From: ANME-2 cluster archaeon
GTDB taxonomy: Archaea > Halobacteriota > Methanosarcinia > Methanosarcinales > Methanocomedenaceae
Direction of reading: 5' to 3'
DNA: 64,000 bases
Assembly: GCA_014237145.1 (NCBI GenBank)
Contig: JAAXOC010000096.1
Span: forward strand, 60,138 to 124,137
Shown: piece by piece, positions 32,191-45,448 of the stretch
How the letters are laid out: the number at the start of each line of letters is the position of its first letter
Position numbering within the stretch: the stretch's first letter is position 1
Notes under the pieces: generated by a model
The model's database searches: none
What the model saw: the letters and a program-made list of their open reading frames with translations, nothing else
Told to the model about the DNA's origin: nothing
Translations under genes and position numbers: made by a program

Positions 32191-33285
32191 ATGGATGAAG
32201 CAAGACTATCTGAATATCCATTTTTAACAAAAGCAGCTGAATATGTTGCAGGGATGGATTCCACTATAGATGAAATCCTTGTATCACGTGGATACGGCAT
32301 GGCACGCAGCCGTGCTAAATCAAGGGTCATCCAGGCCATTAAAGGGGAGATTAAGACTGAAGATATGGGGCTGGCCACACCCGAACTTTTATCATATCCC
32401 ATTGCCCGGATACTTGTCTCATGTATAGATGATGCTTTCCTGATAAGGCGGTATGCTCTTGCAGAGGCAAAGTTTGCAAATTCCAGGATGGGAAAAGAAG
32501 ATGATAATATCCTGACTGAGATCGGCCGGGATTTCAACATCAATGCCAGTATTATCGATAAGGGTTTCAGGATCCATTTTACAGATTATATCAGGGGAGC
32601 CGCTGGAATGCGGGCGCTGAAATGGAAGCTGGTGAACCGCAGGCTGGAATCCGGATACGTGAACATCACCAAGGAACAGTATGCCAGACTGCTGCAGGAG
32701 GCCGTCAGGGTCCGTATCTCGGAAGCACTTCCACTGGATGTGCCCGATATGTTCTGCCAGGCCATGGCCGACGATATCAAAGAGATCAAGACCTGCCTGG
32801 AAGAGATCAAGAAGGAGTTTGATGAGGAGGGGTTTGGCCAAGTTGAACCAGGGGATTTCCCTCCATGTATCGTACATCTCCTTTCCAGTGCCCAGGGCGG
32901 TGTCAACCTTGCCCATTCGGCCAGGTTTGCCCTGACGTCCTTTTTACTGAACATCGGCCTGTCTGTGGACCAGGTAGTACAGATGTTCAATGTCTCACCT
33001 GATTTCAATGAGGAGATGACGCATTACCAGGTAGATCATATTGCGGGCTCGACAGGCACTTCCTACAAACCTCCAGCATGCACAACCATGATCACTTACG
33101 GCAACTGCTACAACAAGGATGAAATATGCAGGACTATTGGCCATCCTCTTAGCTACTACAGGAAGAAGAAAAAAATCCAGCACGAAAAGCTGACTGGAAG
33201 CAACAAACCAGAAGGCACCATACCTAAAAGCACCATGCCTGAAAATTCAAGTGTAAAAAGTGAGGACATAAGTAACAAAGGATAA
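32191..33285 (+). CDS. priL: DNA primase large subunit
   Basis: FPPCI, HSARF, and YKPPAC...C...C Fe-S motif. Confidence 0.96.
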   Translation: MDEARLSEYPFLTKAAEYVAGMDSTIDEILVSRGYGMARSRAKSRVIQAIKGEIKTEDMGLATPELLSYPIARILVSCIDDAFLIRRYALAEAKFANSRMGKEDDNILTEIGRDFNINASIIDKGFRIHFTDYIRGAAGMRALKWKLVNRRLESGYVNITKEQYARLLQEAVRVRISEALPLDVPDMFCQAMADDIKEIKTCLEEIKKEFDEEGFGQVEPGDFPPCIVHLLSSAQGGVNLAHSARFALTSFLLNIGLSVDQVVQMFNVSPDFNEEMTHYQVDHIAGSTGTSYKPPACTTMITYGNCYNKDEICRTIGHPLSYYRKKKKIQHEKLTGSNKPEGTIPKSTMPENSSVKSEDISNKG

Positions 33286-33290
33286 AGTTA

Positions 33291-33343
33291 AATATTCAAC
33301 AGTCATACCAATATTCAACAGTCATACCAATATTCAACTATCA
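33291..33343. repeat. 19-bp tandem repeat x about 2.6
   Basis: AATATTCAACAGTCATACC twice, then AATATTCAACTATCA. Confidence 0.9.
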
Positions 33344-33551
33344 TTAATAAAGTTCGTTTGGGTTTAAAAAGCTAGATACATAATATGTCAAACAAAAGAA
33401 AGGTTTAAATCCAATGCATTCCTTAATGGAGCGGTACGTCTGCATAGCATCCAGAAGTACCATATCCAAATCGGTGAAGAATTGTTCGGTAGAAAAAATT
33501 TGTGCCTAAATTTTGTAAGAGGTTTAGACATAGCTACCGCTATCCATCAGT

Positions 33552-33658
33552 GGGCTCGTAGCTCAGACAGGCAGAGCACCTGGCTTTTAAGGTGTATGGA
33601 AAAGACCCATGCATTGGAAGATACCAGATGGTCGGGGGTTCAAATCCCTCCGAGCCCG
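33552..33658 (+). tRNA. tRNA-Lys (TTT) with 33-nt canonical intron at 37/38 (33590-33622)
   Basis: Acceptor GGGCTCG/CGAGCCC; CTTTTA, intron, then ACCAGA; BHB helix CTTT/GAAG with 3-nt bulges; intron hairpin GGTGTATGG/CCATGCATT. Confidence 0.93.
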
Positions 33659-33690
33659 TTTTTTAGATATTTAGGGGGATGAATTAAGTA

Positions 33691-33936
33691 ATGAAAGGTA
33701 CGAAAAGTTTCAGTTTATTAGATCACAATATAGTGCCCCATCATCTATTACTGTCAGAGAATGAGGCAAGCCAGGTTTTAAAAAAATATAGCATCGATAA
33801 AGAGCAATTGCCAAAAATAAAAGTAAAGGAACCGGTGATCCTGGAAATAGGGGGCCAGGTCGGCGACATAGTCAAGATTATACGAACCAGTCAGACTGCG
33901 GGAGAGGCCGAATTCTACAGACTGGTAATTGAATAA
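33691..33936 (+). CDS. rpoH: RNA polymerase subunit H (Rpo5)
   Basis: HNIVPHH, LPKI and SQTAG...YRLV. Confidence 0.96.
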   Translation: MKGTKSFSLLDHNIVPHHLLLSENEASQVLKKYSIDKEQLPKIKVKEPVILEIGGQVGDIVKIIRTSQTAGEAEFYRLVIE

Positions 33937-34000
33937 CCGGACAGATGAACATCAAACTGTCAATAAATCCGTTTTACTTAAACCAGGAAGGTGCAAAGCT

Positions 34001-35569
34001 GTGTTAAATAGAGAAATATTATCCCGGGCATACTTTACGCGGGATAAGATAGTCCGACACCATATAGAATCATTCAATGATTTTTTGGATTACGGAATGC
34101 AGAAGGTCATCAATGAGCAAGGGGTCATTGAGACTGATATAGAAGATACGTATGTAAAACTCGGAGAGATCAGGGTTGGCAATCCGTTGGTAAAAGAAGC
34201 CGACGGTGCCCAGGATATGCTATACCCAAATGATGCAAGATTAAGGGATATCACATACTCGGCCCCGATACATCTTGAGATGACCATCGTCCAGGGAGAA
34301 AAAGAACATGAACCAGTGGAGGCTATTATCGGTCAGCTTCCCATTATGCTGATGAGCAAAGGCTGCAACCTGGTCGATATGACCCATGATGAAATGATAG
34401 AGATGGGAGAAGACCCGCTGGACCCGGGTGGCTATTTCATTGTGAACGGAACTGAGAGGGTCCTGATGACCCTGGAAGATCTGGCTCCTAATAAGATACT
34501 GGTGGAGTTCGAGGAACGTTACGGTGACAAGATCGAAGTTGCCAAGGTGTTCAGTGAACGTAGGGGATACAGGGCACTGGCCGTTGTCGAACGCGGTCGT
34601 AAGGCCATCATAGAAGTAAGTTTCCCGTCCATTTCAGGACGTTTGGCTTTTGTTACATTAATGCGGGCCCTCGGAATTGAGACTGATGAGGATATCGTAA
34701 ATACAGTGTCATTCGACCCTGAAGTAGTGAAGTTCATGATGGAAAACCTGGAGGAAGCCGAAGCCCATACCTGTGAAGAGGCTATGGAAAAAGTGGGTAA
34801 CAGGGTTGCCGCCGGCCAGACAGGGGAATACCAGATAAAAAGAGCAAATTATGTGATCGACAGGTACCTTCTGCCGCACCTGGGTAATGACCAGTCGCAC
34901 AGGATCGTGAAAGCCCAGTACCTGGGCCGGATGGCAGAGGCCTGCTTTGAACTGGCACTGGGACGGAGACGTCCGGATGATAAGGATCATTATTCCAATA
35001 AACGTCTCAAACTTAGCGGAAATTTGATGGAAGACCTGTTCAGGGTATCTTTCAACAGGCTGGCAAGGGATGTAAAGTACCAGCTTGAGCGGGCAAATAT
35101 GCGTAACCGTGACCTCAATGTGATAACTGTGGTCAGGGCTGATGTACTTACAGAGAGACTGGGCCACCCGCTGGCCACAGGTAACTGGGTCGGAGGCAGG
35201 GCAGGCGTATCCCAACTCCTGGACCGTATAGATTACATGGCATCCCTTTCACACCTTCGCAGGGTGATATCTCCCCTTTCCAGGGCACAGCCCCATTTCG
35301 AGGCAAGGGACCTTCATCCCACCCAGTGGGGCCGCATATGTCCATCGGAAACGCCTGAAGGACCTAACTGCGGGCTGGTGAAGAACTTTGCCCAGATGGT
35401 GGAGGTATCGACCGATGTGTTTGATGTAAATGGGTTGAAACAGACACTGTATAACCTGAATGTAGTACATGTGGCACCAAATACCATGAATCTGGATGAA
35501 GCATATGGCACTTATGCCACTGAGCTTGAAGCTATGGAAGAGGAAGTTGAGTATAACGAAGGGGCGTGA
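34001..35569 (+). CDS. rpoB2: RNA polymerase subunit B'' (Rpo2N)
   Basis: [12 protein letters not shown] and [16 protein letters not shown]; likely GTG start at 34001. Confidence 0.97.
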   Translation: MLNREILSRAYFTRDKIVRHHIESFNDFLDYGMQKVINEQGVIETDIEDTYVKLGEIRVGNPLVKEADGAQDMLYPNDARLRDITYSAPIHLEMTIVQGEKEHEPVEAIIGQLPIMLMSKGCNLVDMTHDEMIEMGEDPLDPGGYFIVNGTERVLMTLEDLAPNKILVEFEERYGDKIEVAKVFSERRGYRALAVVERGRKAIIEVSFPSISGRLAFVTLMRALGIETDEDIVNTVSFDPEVVKFMMENLEEAEAHTCEEAMEKVGNRVAAGQTGEYQIKRANYVIDRYLLPHLGNDQSHRIVKAQYLGRMAEACFELALGRRRPDDKDHYSNKRLKLSGNLMEDLFRVSFNRLARDVKYQLERANMRNRDLNVITVVRADVLTERLGHPLATGNWVGGRAGVSQLLDRIDYMASLSHLRRVISPLSRAQPHFEARDLHPTQWGRICPSETPEGPNCGLVKNFAQMVEVSTDVFDVNGLKQTLYNLNVVHVAPNTMNLDEAYGTYATELEAMEEEVEYNEGA

Positions 35570-37389
35570 ATCCTTTGAATAAAACAAGAGTATTCTTAAA
35601 CGGGGAACTACTTGGTTATCATGACAATCCTGAAGAACTGGTCAGCAATGTCAAACAGATGCGCAGGGCCGGTACAATACCCATACAGGTAAATGTGACC
35701 TTCCACCCAAAGACTCACGAAATAATTATAAATAGTGATGATGGCAGAGCCAGAAGACCGGTTATTATTGTTGAGAACGGAAAATCCCTGTTAAGAGAGG
35801 AACATATAGAGCTACTAAATAACAAGGAGATCGAGTTCGATGACCTGGTCAAGATGGGATTAATTGAGTATCTTGATGCCGAGGAGGAAGAGAACTGTTT
35901 CGTTGCCGTGAATGAAGCCGATATTACACCGGAACATACTCATCTTGAGATCGATCCGTCCCTTATACTTGGTATCTGTACCGGCATGATCCCGTTCCCT
36001 GAGCACAATGCATCACCCAGGAACACTATGGGTGCAGGTATGGTAAAACAATGCCTCGGAGTGCCGGTAGCAAACTTGAGATTACGACCCGATACCAGGG
36101 GACATTTAATGCATTATCCCCAGAAAGCAATGGTGCACACCCAGACCTCGGATGTGATCGGGTTCGATGAAAGGGCAGCAGGCCAGAACTTTGTTGTTGC
36201 TGTACTTTCTTATGAAGGATATAATATTGAGGATGCCCTGGTCGTTAATAAGGGTAGTATAGAACGTGGTCTTGGAAGAAGTCATTTCTTCAGGACTCTT
36301 GGAGGTGAGGAGAGGCGCTATCCCGGAGGGCAGGAGGATAAGTTCGAGATCCCTGACCAGGAAGTAAGGGGAGCACGCGGACCAGAAGTGTATTCCCAAT
36401 TGGATGAGGATGGTATTGTCAATCCTGAGGTCATTGTAGATCACAATGATGTACTTATTGGGAAGACCAGTCCACCCAGGTTCCTTGAAGAGCCCACTGA
36501 ACTGGGTCTTAGTCCCCAGCAGAGACGCGAGTCCAGCGTTACTATGCGTTCAAATGAAATGGGCATTGTGGATGCAGTTATTCTTACTGAGAGCGTAAAC
36601 GGGGCCCGGCTGGCAAAGGTCAGGGTACGTGACCAGAGAATCCCGGAACTAGGTGATAAGTTCGCATCAAGGCACGGACAGAAAGGTGTGCTTGGACTGA
36701 TACAGCCATTTGAAGATATGCCATTCACGGAATCAGGGATGGTCCCCGACCTTGTGATCAATCCCCACGCTATCCCCTCAAGGATGACTGTGGCACATGT
36801 ACTTGAGATGATCGGAGGCAAGGTGGGCAGTCTTGAAGGCAGGCGTATCAATGCCACTCCATTCTCAGGGGAATCCGAAGATGACCTGAGGCTTGACCTG
36901 AAACGTGCGGGTTATTCTCATACAGGCAAAGAAGTATTCTATGATGGTAAAACAGGAAAGAAGATCGAAGCTGACGTGTTCATTGGCGTGATCCTTTACC
37001 AGAAGCTCTACCATATGGTTTCTTCAAAGATCCATGCCAGGAGCAGGGGTCCGGTGCAGGTGCTTACCAGGCAGCCCACAGAAGGCAGGGCCAGGGAAGG
37101 CGGTCTCAGGTTCGGCGAGATGGAACGAGATGTGCTTATCGGGCACGGTGCATCCCTTACCCTGAAAGAAAGATTGCTGGATGAATCAGATAAGGTGGAC
37201 CAACTTGTTTGTTCTCATTGTGGTATGGTAGCTACCCATGACAAGAGAAGGAACATGGTGTTCTGTCCCAACTGCGGAGCAGAGACTGGAATATATACCG
37301 TTGAGATGAGCTATGCATTCAAGTTACTGCTGGATGAGATCAAGTCACTTGGTGTTGCCCCCAGGCTTATTCTGGAGGATGCGGTTTAG
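35566..37389 (+). CDS. rpoB1: RNA polymerase subunit B' (Rpo2C)
   Basis: [12 protein letters not shown] and [11 protein letters not shown]. Confidence 0.98.
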   Translation: MNPLNKTRVFLNGELLGYHDNPEELVSNVKQMRRAGTIPIQVNVTFHPKTHEIIINSDDGRARRPVIIVENGKSLLREEHIELLNNKEIEFDDLVKMGLIEYLDAEEEENCFVAVNEADITPEHTHLEIDPSLILGICTGMIPFPEHNASPRNTMGAGMVKQCLGVPVANLRLRPDTRGHLMHYPQKAMVHTQTSDVIGFDERAAGQNFVVAVLSYEGYNIEDALVVNKGSIERGLGRSHFFRTLGGEERRYPGGQEDKFEIPDQEVRGARGPEVYSQLDEDGIVNPEVIVDHNDVLIGKTSPPRFLEEPTELGLSPQQRRESSVTMRSNEMGIVDAVILTESVNGARLAKVRVRDQRIPELGDKFASRHGQKGVLGLIQPFEDMPFTESGMVPDLVINPHAIPSRMTVAHVLEMIGGKVGSLEGRRINATPFSGESEDDLRLDLKRAGYSHTGKEVFYDGKTGKKIEADVFIGVILYQKLYHMVSSKIHARSRGPVQVLTRQPTEGRAREGGLRFGEMERDVLIGHGASLTLKERLLDESDKVDQLVCSHCGMVATHDKRRNMVFCPNCGAETGIYTVEMSYAFKLLLDEIKSLGVAPRLILEDAV

Positions 37390-37399
37390 AGGTGATTAG

Positions 37400-40045
37400 A
37401 TGATTAAAACAGTTCCAAAGCGTATAAAAGAAATCAGGTTCGGGCTAATATCACCCAAAGAGTACAGGAAGATGAGTGTGACCCGTGTAATTACCGCAGA
37501 TACTTATGATGACGACGGTTTCCCAATAGAAATGGGTTTGATGGATCCCCGAATGGGTGTTATCGACCCCGGTCTTCGCTGCAAGACCTGCGGAGGCAGG
37601 GCAGGCGAGTGTCCTGGTCATTTTGGACATGTAGAACTCATCGCACCCGTCATACATGTAGGTTTTGCAAAATTGATACGCAAGGTATTAAGGGCCACAT
37701 GCAGGGAATGCAGTGCACTGCTTCTGGATTCTAACCAGAAAAAGAAATACCTTGAACAGATCAGGACAATGAGAAAGATGGGGCAGCCAATAGAGGATAT
37801 CACCAAAGAGGTATTCAAAGAGGCAAGGAAGCCCAAGACCTGCATGTATTGTGGTGCAGGGCAGCTTGATATCAAGGTGGAAAAACCATCTACATATGTC
37901 GAGAAGATGGGAGATCACGATCATAAACTAATGCCTTCTGATATAAGGGTGAGGCTGGAGAAGATAACCAACGACGATATCGAAGTCATTGGCATGGATC
38001 CCAATAACGCCAGGCCCGAATGGGTAATATTGACTGTACTGCCGGTACCGCCGGTGACCATGCGTCCAAGTATAACGCTTGAGAGCGGGCAGAGGAGCGA
38101 GGATGACCTCACCCATAAACTGGTGGATATTATCAGGATCAACCAGAGGTTCCAGGAGAACCGTGAAGCTGGTGCACCCCAGCTTATCATCGAGGACCTG
38201 TGGGAACTGCTGCAGTACCATGTGACAACGTTCATGGATAATGCGGTATCAGGCGTACCCCCTGCCAGGCACCGTTCAGGAAGGCCGCTTAAGACCCTGT
38301 CCCAGAGATTGAAGGGGAAGGAAGGCAGGTTCAGGGGCAGTTTATCAGGCAAAAGGGTAAATTTCAGTGCAAGGACCGTCATTTCACCTGACCCCAACCT
38401 GAGCGTCAGCGAAGTGGGTGTGCCACTATCCATTGCCATGGAAATGACCATACCTGTCTACGTGACAAAGCGTAATATCGAACAGGTGCGTGAATATATC
38501 AAGCGGGGGCCTGACAACCATCCCGGTGCCAATTATATCGAGCGCAGTGACAGGCGCAGGATCAAGATCACTGACAGTAATTGCGAGGAAATGGCAGAGA
38601 CTGTTGAGTTAGGATGGAAGATTGACAGGCAATTGAAGAACGGGGATATTGTGTTATTTAACAGGCAGCCTTCATTGCACAGGATGAGTATCATGGCACA
38701 TGAGGTCAAGGTACTGCCCCACAAGACTTTCAGGTTGAATCCTGCCGTATGTCCGCCCTACAATGCTGACTTTGACGGTGATGAGATGAACATGCATGTG
38801 CTCCAGACCGAAGAGGCAAGGGCAGAGGCAATGATGCTTATACATGTACAGGAAAATATCCTGTCTCCCAGGTTCGGCGGTCCCATCATTGGCGGAATAC
38901 ATGACCACATCTCTGGTATGTACTTGCTGACCAGGGGAGACAGCAGACTCAGTAAGAGTGAAATACTGGACATGCTCAGCAAAACCAAGATAGAAGAGTT
39001 ATCTGAACCGGCAGGTGAAGTGGATGGCAAGCCTTACTGGACTGGAAAACAGGCAGTCAGCCATATTCTGCCGTCTGGATTGAACATGGCATACAAGGCA
39101 GGGATATGCGAGAATTGTGATACCTGTAAAGAGGAAAACTGTGAGCTGGACGCCTATGTGCTTGTTAAGGACGGCCAGTTATTGAGCGGTACTATTGAAG
39201 AAAAAGCCGTTGGCGCATTCAAGGGATTAATAGTTGACAAGATCATCAAGGATTATGGTTCGGCCAGGGGACTGCAATTCATCAATGATGCTACCATGCT
39301 TGGAATAAAGGGTGTTATGCATTACGGTTTCAGTTTCGGGATCAATGATGAGGATATACCAGATGAGGCCAGTATCCAGATATCTGAACTGCTGAGTGAA
39401 GCTGAGGATAGGGTCATGAACCTGATTTTAGTTTATAATGAAGGAAACCTTGAACCTCTGCCAGGCAGGACCGTGGATGAGACACTGGAACTGAAGATCA
39501 TGCAGGAGCTTGGCAAGGCAAGGGATTCAACTGGTAATATTGCCGGTAAATACCTTGGCCTGGAAAATGCCGCTGTGGTTATGGCAGTTTCAGGTGCCAG
39601 GGGTTCTATGTTGAACCTGACCCAGATGGCGGGATGCGTGGGCCAGCAGGCAGTGAGGGGTGAGCGTATCAAGCGAGGTTATGCAGGCAGGACACTTTCC
39701 AATTTCCATACCGGTGACCTGGGTGCGGCAGCTCACGGGTTTGTGAAGAACAGTTATAAGAGCGGCCTCTCGCCTACCGAATACTTTTTCCATGCTATTG
39801 GTGGCAGGGAAGGGCTGGTGGATACGGCTGTCAGGACATCCCAGAGCGGTTACCTGCAGCGCAGGTTGGTCAATGCGCTCCAGGACCTGGAGGTCCAGTA
39901 TGATGGGACTGTGAAGGATACCAGGGGCATGGTTGTCCAGTTCAGGTATGGTGAAGATGGTATAGACCCAATGAAAAGTGAATTCAGCAAGCCACAGGCC
40001 ATAAAGTGGATAATAGAATCTGTTACTTCAAAGGAGGTAGAATAA
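37400..40045 (+). CDS. rpoA1: RNA polymerase subunit A' (Rpo1N)
   Basis: Catalytic [11 protein letters not shown]; no intein. Confidence 0.98.
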   Translation: MIKTVPKRIKEIRFGLISPKEYRKMSVTRVITADTYDDDGFPIEMGLMDPRMGVIDPGLRCKTCGGRAGECPGHFGHVELIAPVIHVGFAKLIRKVLRATCRECSALLLDSNQKKKYLEQIRTMRKMGQPIEDITKEVFKEARKPKTCMYCGAGQLDIKVEKPSTYVEKMGDHDHKLMPSDIRVRLEKITNDDIEVIGMDPNNARPEWVILTVLPVPPVTMRPSITLESGQRSEDDLTHKLVDIIRINQRFQENREAGAPQLIIEDLWELLQYHVTTFMDNAVSGVPPARHRSGRPLKTLSQRLKGKEGRFRGSLSGKRVNFSARTVISPDPNLSVSEVGVPLSIAMEMTIPVYVTKRNIEQVREYIKRGPDNHPGANYIERSDRRRIKITDSNCEEMAETVELGWKIDRQLKNGDIVLFNRQPSLHRMSIMAHEVKVLPHKTFRLNPAVCPPYNADFDGDEMNMHVLQTEEARAEAMMLIHVQENILSPRFGGPIIGGIHDHISGMYLLTRGDSRLSKSEILDMLSKTKIEELSEPAGEVDGKPYWTGKQAVSHILPSGLNMAYKAGICENCDTCKEENCELDAYVLVKDGQLLSGTIEEKAVGAFKGLIVDKIIKDYGSARGLQFINDATMLGIKGVMHYGFSFGINDEDIPDEASIQISELLSEAEDRVMNLILVYNEGNLEPLPGRTVDETLELKIMQELGKARDSTGNIAGKYLGLENAAVVMAVSGARGSMLNLTQMAGCVGQQAVRGERIKRGYAGRTLSNFHTGDLGAAAHGFVKNSYKSGLSPTEYFFHAIGGREGLVDTAVRTSQSGYLQRRLVNALQDLEVQYDGTVKDTRGMVVQFRYGEDGIDPMKSEFSKPQAIKWIIESVTSKEVE

Positions 40046-41193
40046 TGGCAGTGAGCCAGAAGACCATTGAAGAGATGACCAGAAACCTGCAACTGCCAAA
40101 GAACATCCTTGATACTCTCCATAAAGAGCTTGAAGAGACAAAAGTGACCAAAAAGCAGCTTGAGGATATCATAAAGCGGGTTATTGAAGGTTATGAATAC
40201 GCCCGTATTGAGCCGTGTGAAGCTGCCGGTGTGGTCTCGGCCCAGAGTATTGGTGAACCTGGTACCCAGATGACCATGCGGACATTCCACTATGCGGGTG
40301 TGGCTGAGATCAACGTTACACTGGGCCTGCCCAGACTGATCGAGATCGTGGATGCCAGGAAAAACCCGTCTACGCCCATGATGTCGGTCTACTTGACAGA
40401 GGATTATGCCCATGACCGGGACATGGCCCGTAAACTGGCATGGAATATAGAGGCCACCCATATCAGTCACCTGGGCAGCTTGTCTACAGATATCACAGAA
40501 ATGGCATTGATGATCGAACTCAATGAGAAAGTGATCAACCAGCGTGAGATCACACCAGAGGAAGTGGCAGGGAAACTGGAGGAGGAATTGGGATTGGCCG
40601 TACTGATAGATGGTAATGTGCTTACGGTACATCCGGAGAATGAGTCGTACAGGGAACTGCTCCAGCTTGGCAAAAATATAGAGAACGTAACCCTTAAGGG
40701 AATAAGTGATATCAAACGTGTGGTCATCAGGAAAGAGGATACCATTGACGAATATGTACTGTATACTGAAGGATCGTCGCTGAAACACATTGATGAACTG
40801 GATGGTGTGGATATGACCCGGTCCACCACTAATAATATCAATGAGATCTATGAAGTCTTCGGTATCGAGGCTGCCAGGAATAGTATAATAAAAGAAGCTA
40901 CAGACACACTTCGTGAACAGGGGCTGTCAGTTGATGTACGGCATATCATGCTGGTGGCTGATATCATGACCGTTGACGGGGAAGTGAAGGCTATTGGCAG
41001 GCACGGCATTTCGGGTGAAAAGGCCAGTGTGCTTGCACGGGCGGCTTTCGAGGTCACAGTGAACCACCTGTTGGATGCAGGTACGAGGGGAGATATTGAC
41101 GAACTGAGGGGTGTGACCGAGAATGTTATTGTGGGACAGCCAATTCAACTCGGGACCGGTCATGTCAAACTCCTGGCAGCAAAAAGAACTTAA
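40045..41193 (+). CDS. rpoA2: RNA polymerase subunit A'' (Rpo1C)
   Basis: [17 protein letters not shown]. Confidence 0.98.
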   Translation: MAVSQKTIEEMTRNLQLPKNILDTLHKELEETKVTKKQLEDIIKRVIEGYEYARIEPCEAAGVVSAQSIGEPGTQMTMRTFHYAGVAEINVTLGLPRLIEIVDARKNPSTPMMSVYLTEDYAHDRDMARKLAWNIEATHISHLGSLSTDITEMALMIELNEKVINQREITPEEVAGKLEEELGLAVLIDGNVLTVHPENESYRELLQLGKNIENVTLKGISDIKRVVIRKEDTIDEYVLYTEGSSLKHIDELDGVDMTRSTTNNINEIYEVFGIEAARNSIIKEATDTLREQGLSVDVRHIMLVADIMTVDGEVKAIGRHGISGEKASVLARAAFEVTVNHLLDAGTRGDIDELRGVTENVIVGQPIQLGTGHVKLLAAKRT

Positions 41194-41238
41194 ATAATAA
41201 GACCCAGTAGATAAAAAAAATCATACAGGATGATATTC

Positions 41239-41529
41239 ATGGATTTAGACCTTAATAAAATACTGAGAATCGCGGTCCAGACCGGAAAGGTATCGATCGG
41301 ATCAAGGCAAACAGTGAAGGTTGTGGATAATTACCAGGCCAAGGCTGTAGTGCTTGCGTCAAACTGTCCCGCTGACGTACGGGACAGGGTTACTGGGAAA
41401 GTTCCTGTGATCGACTTTCCAGGCAATGGTGTCGAACTGGGTACGATCTGCAGCAAACCGTTCGCTGTTGCGGCAATGGCTGTGGAGGATCCAGGGGAAT
41501 CGAAAATATTAGGAATAATAAAAGGATAA
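41239..41529 (+). CDS. rpl30e: 50S ribosomal protein L30e
   Basis: TGKV.IG...LASNCP...ELGTIC. Confidence 0.95.
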   Translation: MDLDLNKILRIAVQTGKVSIGSRQTVKVVDNYQAKAVVLASNCPADVRDRVTGKVPVIDFPGNGVELGTICSKPFAVAAMAVEDPGESKILGIIKG

Positions 41530-41540
41530 AGGGTGTATAA

Positions 41541-41972
41541 TTGAGCGAAGTTAAACTCTCCACTGATGGAATTCGCTATATAGCATTATTCGAGAATACC
41601 ACCGGAGCCACTGCAAGGGATTGTCTCCTGGATGATGATAACAACAGGGTAATATTTGTTGTTAAAACGGGAGATATGGGCATGGCCATAGGTAAGAACG
41701 GTGAGCATGTCAACAAGCTTGTAAAAAGTATCGGGCGCCACGTTGAAGTGGTGGAGTATAACGACGACCCTGTTATTTTTATACAGAACCTGCTCCAGCC
41801 TGCCAATGCCAATAACGTAAAGATTGGATATAAGGGTGACAAACGTATAGCTTATGTAGAAGTAAAAACTAAAGAGAAGGGTCTTGCCATAGGGCGAAAT
41901 GGAAAGAACATTGAAAAAGTGAAGGTTCTTGCCAAACGACATCATGATATAGATGATGTGACAATCCAGTAG
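41541..41972 (+). CDS. nusA: NusA-like KH-domain transcription factor
   Basis: AIGKNG and AIGRNGKN KH motifs; operon position. Confidence 0.95.
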   Translation: MSEVKLSTDGIRYIALFENTTGATARDCLLDDDNNRVIFVVKTGDMGMAIGKNGEHVNKLVKSIGRHVEVVEYNDDPVIFIQNLLQPANANNVKIGYKGDKRIAYVEVKTKEKGLAIGRNGKNIEKVKVLAKRHHDIDDVTIQ

Positions 41973-42017
41973 CCTGCAAGAATTCCAGATAATTAATTTC
42001 ACAGGAAGTATCATAAT

Positions 42018-42446
42018 ATGGGAAATGGAAAATATGCTGCCCGCAAACTAAAAGATGACCGGGAAAATTTCAGGTGGAGCGACAGGAAATACCTCAGGCG
42101 CGCCCTGAAGCTTAATGTAAAGGCAGATCCCCTTGGAGGCGCTCCACAGGGAAGGGGTATTGTACTTGAGAAAGTTGGTGTAGAGGCAAAACAGCCCAAC
42201 TCTGCCATTAGGAAATGTGTAAGGATACAATTGATCAAGAACGGACGGCAGGTTACTGCTTTTTGCCCTGGTGATGGTGCTATCAATTTCATAGATGAAC
42301 ATGATGAAGTGACCGTGGAACGTATCGGCGGCCGCATGGGCGGTGCAAAGGGTGACATTCCCGGTGTAAGGTTCAAGGTAACCGCAGTGAACGATATGAG
42401 TCTCAACGAGATGGTGATCGGACGCAAAGAGAAGCCAATGAGGTAG
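42018..42446 (+). CDS. rps12: 30S ribosomal protein S12
   Basis: KQPNSAIRK and GDIPGVRF. Confidence 0.98.
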   Translation: MGNGKYAARKLKDDRENFRWSDRKYLRRALKLNVKADPLGGAPQGRGIVLEKVGVEAKQPNSAIRKCVRIQLIKNGRQVTAFCPGDGAINFIDEHDEVTVERIGGRMGGAKGDIPGVRFKVTAVNDMSLNEMVIGRKEKPMR

Positions 42447-42450
42447 GTGT

Positions 42451-43011
42451 ATGAACAAGATTTTCGATAAATGGGATACTACAGAAGTTCAGGTCGATGA
42501 TATTAGCGTTGAGAGATATATCAACTTAAAGCCTGTTATGCTGCCTTATTCCGGAGGAAAACACGCCAGACAGCAGTTCAATAAGTCCAACCAGCATATT
42601 GTTGAGAGACTTATCAACAAGATGATGCAGTCTGAGAACAACACAGGCAAGAAGATGACCAACTACAGGATCGTTAAGGAATCTTTTGAGATCATTAATA
42701 AAAAGACCAAGGAAAATCCGATCCAGATACTGGTCAATGCTATCATTAATGCCGGACCCAGGGAGGAAACGGTCAGGTTGAAGTACGGGGGGATCGCTGT
42801 ACCAAAGGCTGTGGACAGTGCACCCCAGCGCAGGGTGGATACTGCACTGCGGCTTGTGGCTGCAGGAGCGTACAAGTCTTCATTTAAGAAAAGGCGGCCT
42901 ATTGAGGAAGCCCTGGCAAATGAGATAATAGCAGCCGCAAACTACGATGTCAAGTCCTATTCTATTAACAAGAAGGAAGGAAAGGAACGGGTGGCAAAGG
43001 CTGCAAGGTAA
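42451..43011 (+). CDS. rps7: 30S ribosomal protein S7
   Basis: IVERLINK and ERVAKAAR. Confidence 0.98.
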   Translation: MNKIFDKWDTTEVQVDDISVERYINLKPVMLPYSGGKHARQQFNKSNQHIVERLINKMMQSENNTGKKMTNYRIVKESFEIINKKTKENPIQILVNAIINAGPREETVRLKYGGIAVPKAVDSAPQRRVDTALRLVAAGAYKSSFKKRRPIEEALANEIIAAANYDVKSYSINKKEGKERVAKAAR

Positions 43012-43019
43012 TCTATAAT

Positions 43020-43053
43020 ATTGCGGCTTTGCCGCAATCATTTTTTTTATTTT
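43020..43053 (+). terminator. Hairpin plus long U-tract between rps7 and EF-2
   Basis: ATTGCGGC-TTT-GCCGCAAT then TTTTTTTTATTTT. Confidence 0.7.
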
Positions 43054-43141
43054 CAAGGACGGAATCTTTTTTTTATTAATACAGATACTTAAAAACCAGA
43101 TAATTAATAATCAGATACTAGAATTTATTGAGGAAATAGAT

Positions 43142-45334
43142 ATGGGACGAAGGAAAAAGATGGTTGAGCGCGTGACTGTACTTATGAATGAACCTGAAAA
43201 TGTCAGGAATATCGGAATAGTTGCACACATCGATCATGGAAAGACAACTCTTACAGATAATATCCTTGCCGGTGCCGGTATGATCTCAAAGGAACTGGCA
43301 GGCAAGCAGTTGTTCACAGATTCAGATGAAGAAGAGCAGGAGCGAGGTATCACTATTGACTCTGCCTGTGTTTCAATGGTACATGAGTTCGAGGACGGCG
43401 AATACCTGATCAATCTTATTGATACGCCGGGCCATGTGGATTTCGGCGGTGATGTGACCAGGGCCATGAGGGCCGTAGATGGTGCTGTGGTAGTTGTGGA
43501 TGCAGTGGAAGGTACCATGCCACAGACAGAGACCGTGCTCAGGCAGGCATTAAAGGAACATGTGAAGCCTGTACTGTTTATAAACAAAGTGGACAGGCTG
43601 ATCAATGAGTTGCAAGTAGACTCCCAGGAGATGCAGATCAGGCTGGGCAAGGTCATCGATCATGTGAATAAGCTCATCAAGGGCATGAACGAAGAGAAAT
43701 ACAAAGCAGGATGGCGTATGGATGCTGCCAGCGGCACTGTAGCCTTTGGTTCTGCCCTGTATAACTGGGCTATAAGCGTACCGTTTATGAAGAAATCAGG
43801 CATAGGGTTCAATGATGTTTACAATTACTGCAAGGAAGAAAACCAAAAGGAACTGGCAGATAAATGCCCGCTTCATGAGGTTTTAAATGATATGATCATC
43901 CGGTTCCTGCCCAATCCACTTACTGCCCAGAAGGATAGGGTGAATGTGATATGGCATGGCGATAAGGAATCCACGGAAGGTAAGGATATGCTAAATGCCA
44001 ACCGTGACGGTGATGTGGCATTAATGGTCACAAATATCTCATTGGACCCCCATGCGGGCGAAGTGGCCACTGGCAGGTTGTTCAGCGGTACACTGAAAAG
44101 AGGTATGGAACTTAACGTAACAGGCTCTGTAAAGACGAACAGGCTGCAGCAGGTGGGGATTTTCATGGGCCCGGAAAGGCTGGAAGTGGAACAGATCCCT
44201 GCCGGTAATATCGCAGCAGTCACCGGCCTGAAGGATGCCTATGTTGGTGCTACGGTATCGTCCATGGATGACATGATACCTTTTGAGGCCATCCAGCATG
44301 CCAGTGAACCTGTGGTTACAGTGGCTGTGGAAGCAAAGCACATGAAGGACCTGCCTAAGCTGGTTGAGGTGCTGCGGCAAGTGGCAAAGGAGGATAATAC
44401 CCTAAAAGTTACTATCGATGAAGAGACTGGTGAGCACCTGATGTCAGGTATGGGTGAACTCCATCTTGAGGTCATAGGCCACAGGATCGAACGTGATAAG
44501 GGTGTGGAGATCACTACGAGTCCGCCTATTGTGGTTTACAGGGAAACGATCCAGAAACATGCCGGTCCGGTGGAGGGTAAGAGTCCGAACCGTCACAATA
44601 GGTTCTACATCGAAGTAGAACCCATGGATAGCAATATCGTGGACCTTATTAAATCCGGTGAGGTATCCATGCGTATGCCAGAACTGGAGCGACGTGAGAA
44701 GTTCATGGAGGCCGGGCTTAAAAAGGATGAATCAAAAGGTGTTACCCATATATATGAATCAAATATCTTAATCAATATGACCAAGGGTATACAGTACCTG
44801 AACGAGACCATGGAACTGATCATCGATGGGTTTGAAGAGGTTATGAAAGCCGGCCCGCTCACAAGGGAACCATGTCAGGCAATTAGGGTCACGCTCGTAG
44901 ATGCAAAGCTGCACGAGGATGCGGTACACAGGGGTCCGGCCCAGGTTATACCTGCGTCAAGGCAGGCTATACAGGCTGCTATGCTCATGGCTGATGATAC
45001 ATTACTGGAGCCATACCAGAAGGTATACATCCAGACTCCACAGAATAATATGGGTGGGGCCACTTCAGAGATTCAGGGGCGAAGGGGTATTATTATTAAT
45101 ATGTCCCAGGAAGGGGACATGACCATCATCGAGAGCAAGGCTCCGGTGGCTGAACTCTTTGGGTTTGCAGGCGATATCAGGTCTGCCACTGAGGGTCGTG
45201 CCATGTGGAGTACCGAGTTCGCAGGATTCGAGACATTACCGGCAAGCCTGCTGAAAGAAATAGTGTTAGAGATACGCCAGCGAAAGGGATTGAAATCTGA
45301 AGTACCAAAAGCCAGTGATTTTGTAGGTCAGTAA
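43142..45334 (+). CDS. fusA: Elongation factor EF-2
   Basis: [17 protein letters not shown], and diphthamide loop [11 protein letters not shown]. Confidence 0.98.
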   Translation: MGRRKKMVERVTVLMNEPENVRNIGIVAHIDHGKTTLTDNILAGAGMISKELAGKQLFTDSDEEEQERGITIDSACVSMVHEFEDGEYLINLIDTPGHVDFGGDVTRAMRAVDGAVVVVDAVEGTMPQTETVLRQALKEHVKPVLFINKVDRLINELQVDSQEMQIRLGKVIDHVNKLIKGMNEEKYKAGWRMDAASGTVAFGSALYNWAISVPFMKKSGIGFNDVYNYCKEENQKELADKCPLHEVLNDMIIRFLPNPLTAQKDRVNVIWHGDKESTEGKDMLNANRDGDVALMVTNISLDPHAGEVATGRLFSGTLKRGMELNVTGSVKTNRLQQVGIFMGPERLEVEQIPAGNIAAVTGLKDAYVGATVSSMDDMIPFEAIQHASEPVVTVAVEAKHMKDLPKLVEVLRQVAKEDNTLKVTIDEETGEHLMSGMGELHLEVIGHRIERDKGVEITTSPPIVVYRETIQKHAGPVEGKSPNRHNRFYIEVEPMDSNIVDLIKSGEVSMRMPELERREKFMEAGLKKDESKGVTHIYESNILINMTKGIQYLNETMELIIDGFEEVMKAGPLTREPCQAIRVTLVDAKLHEDAVHRGPAQVIPASRQAIQAAMLMADDTLLEPYQKVYIQTPQNNMGGATSEIQGRRGIIINMSQEGDMTIIESKAPVAELFGFAGDIRSATEGRAMWSTEFAGFETLPASLLKEIVLEIRQRKGLKSEVPKASDFVGQ

Positions 45335-45448
45335 CTGGGCATTGAAAAGCAAATGGAATCAAGCTGCAATTGACACAAAGTTTAAAAGCAGTAAAATCTA
45401 TAAAGACATTAAATCTACAATAATAAAATAAAGATTGGAGGATTAAGT

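Noticed and set aside
33291..33343. Possible mini-CRISPR array
   Set aside because: Units are contiguous with no unique spacers, and no cas genes are in the window
34001..45334. Inteins in RNA polymerase subunits or EF-2
   Set aside because: Lengths are normal and no C/S...HN splice motifs or LAGLIDADG inserts were seen
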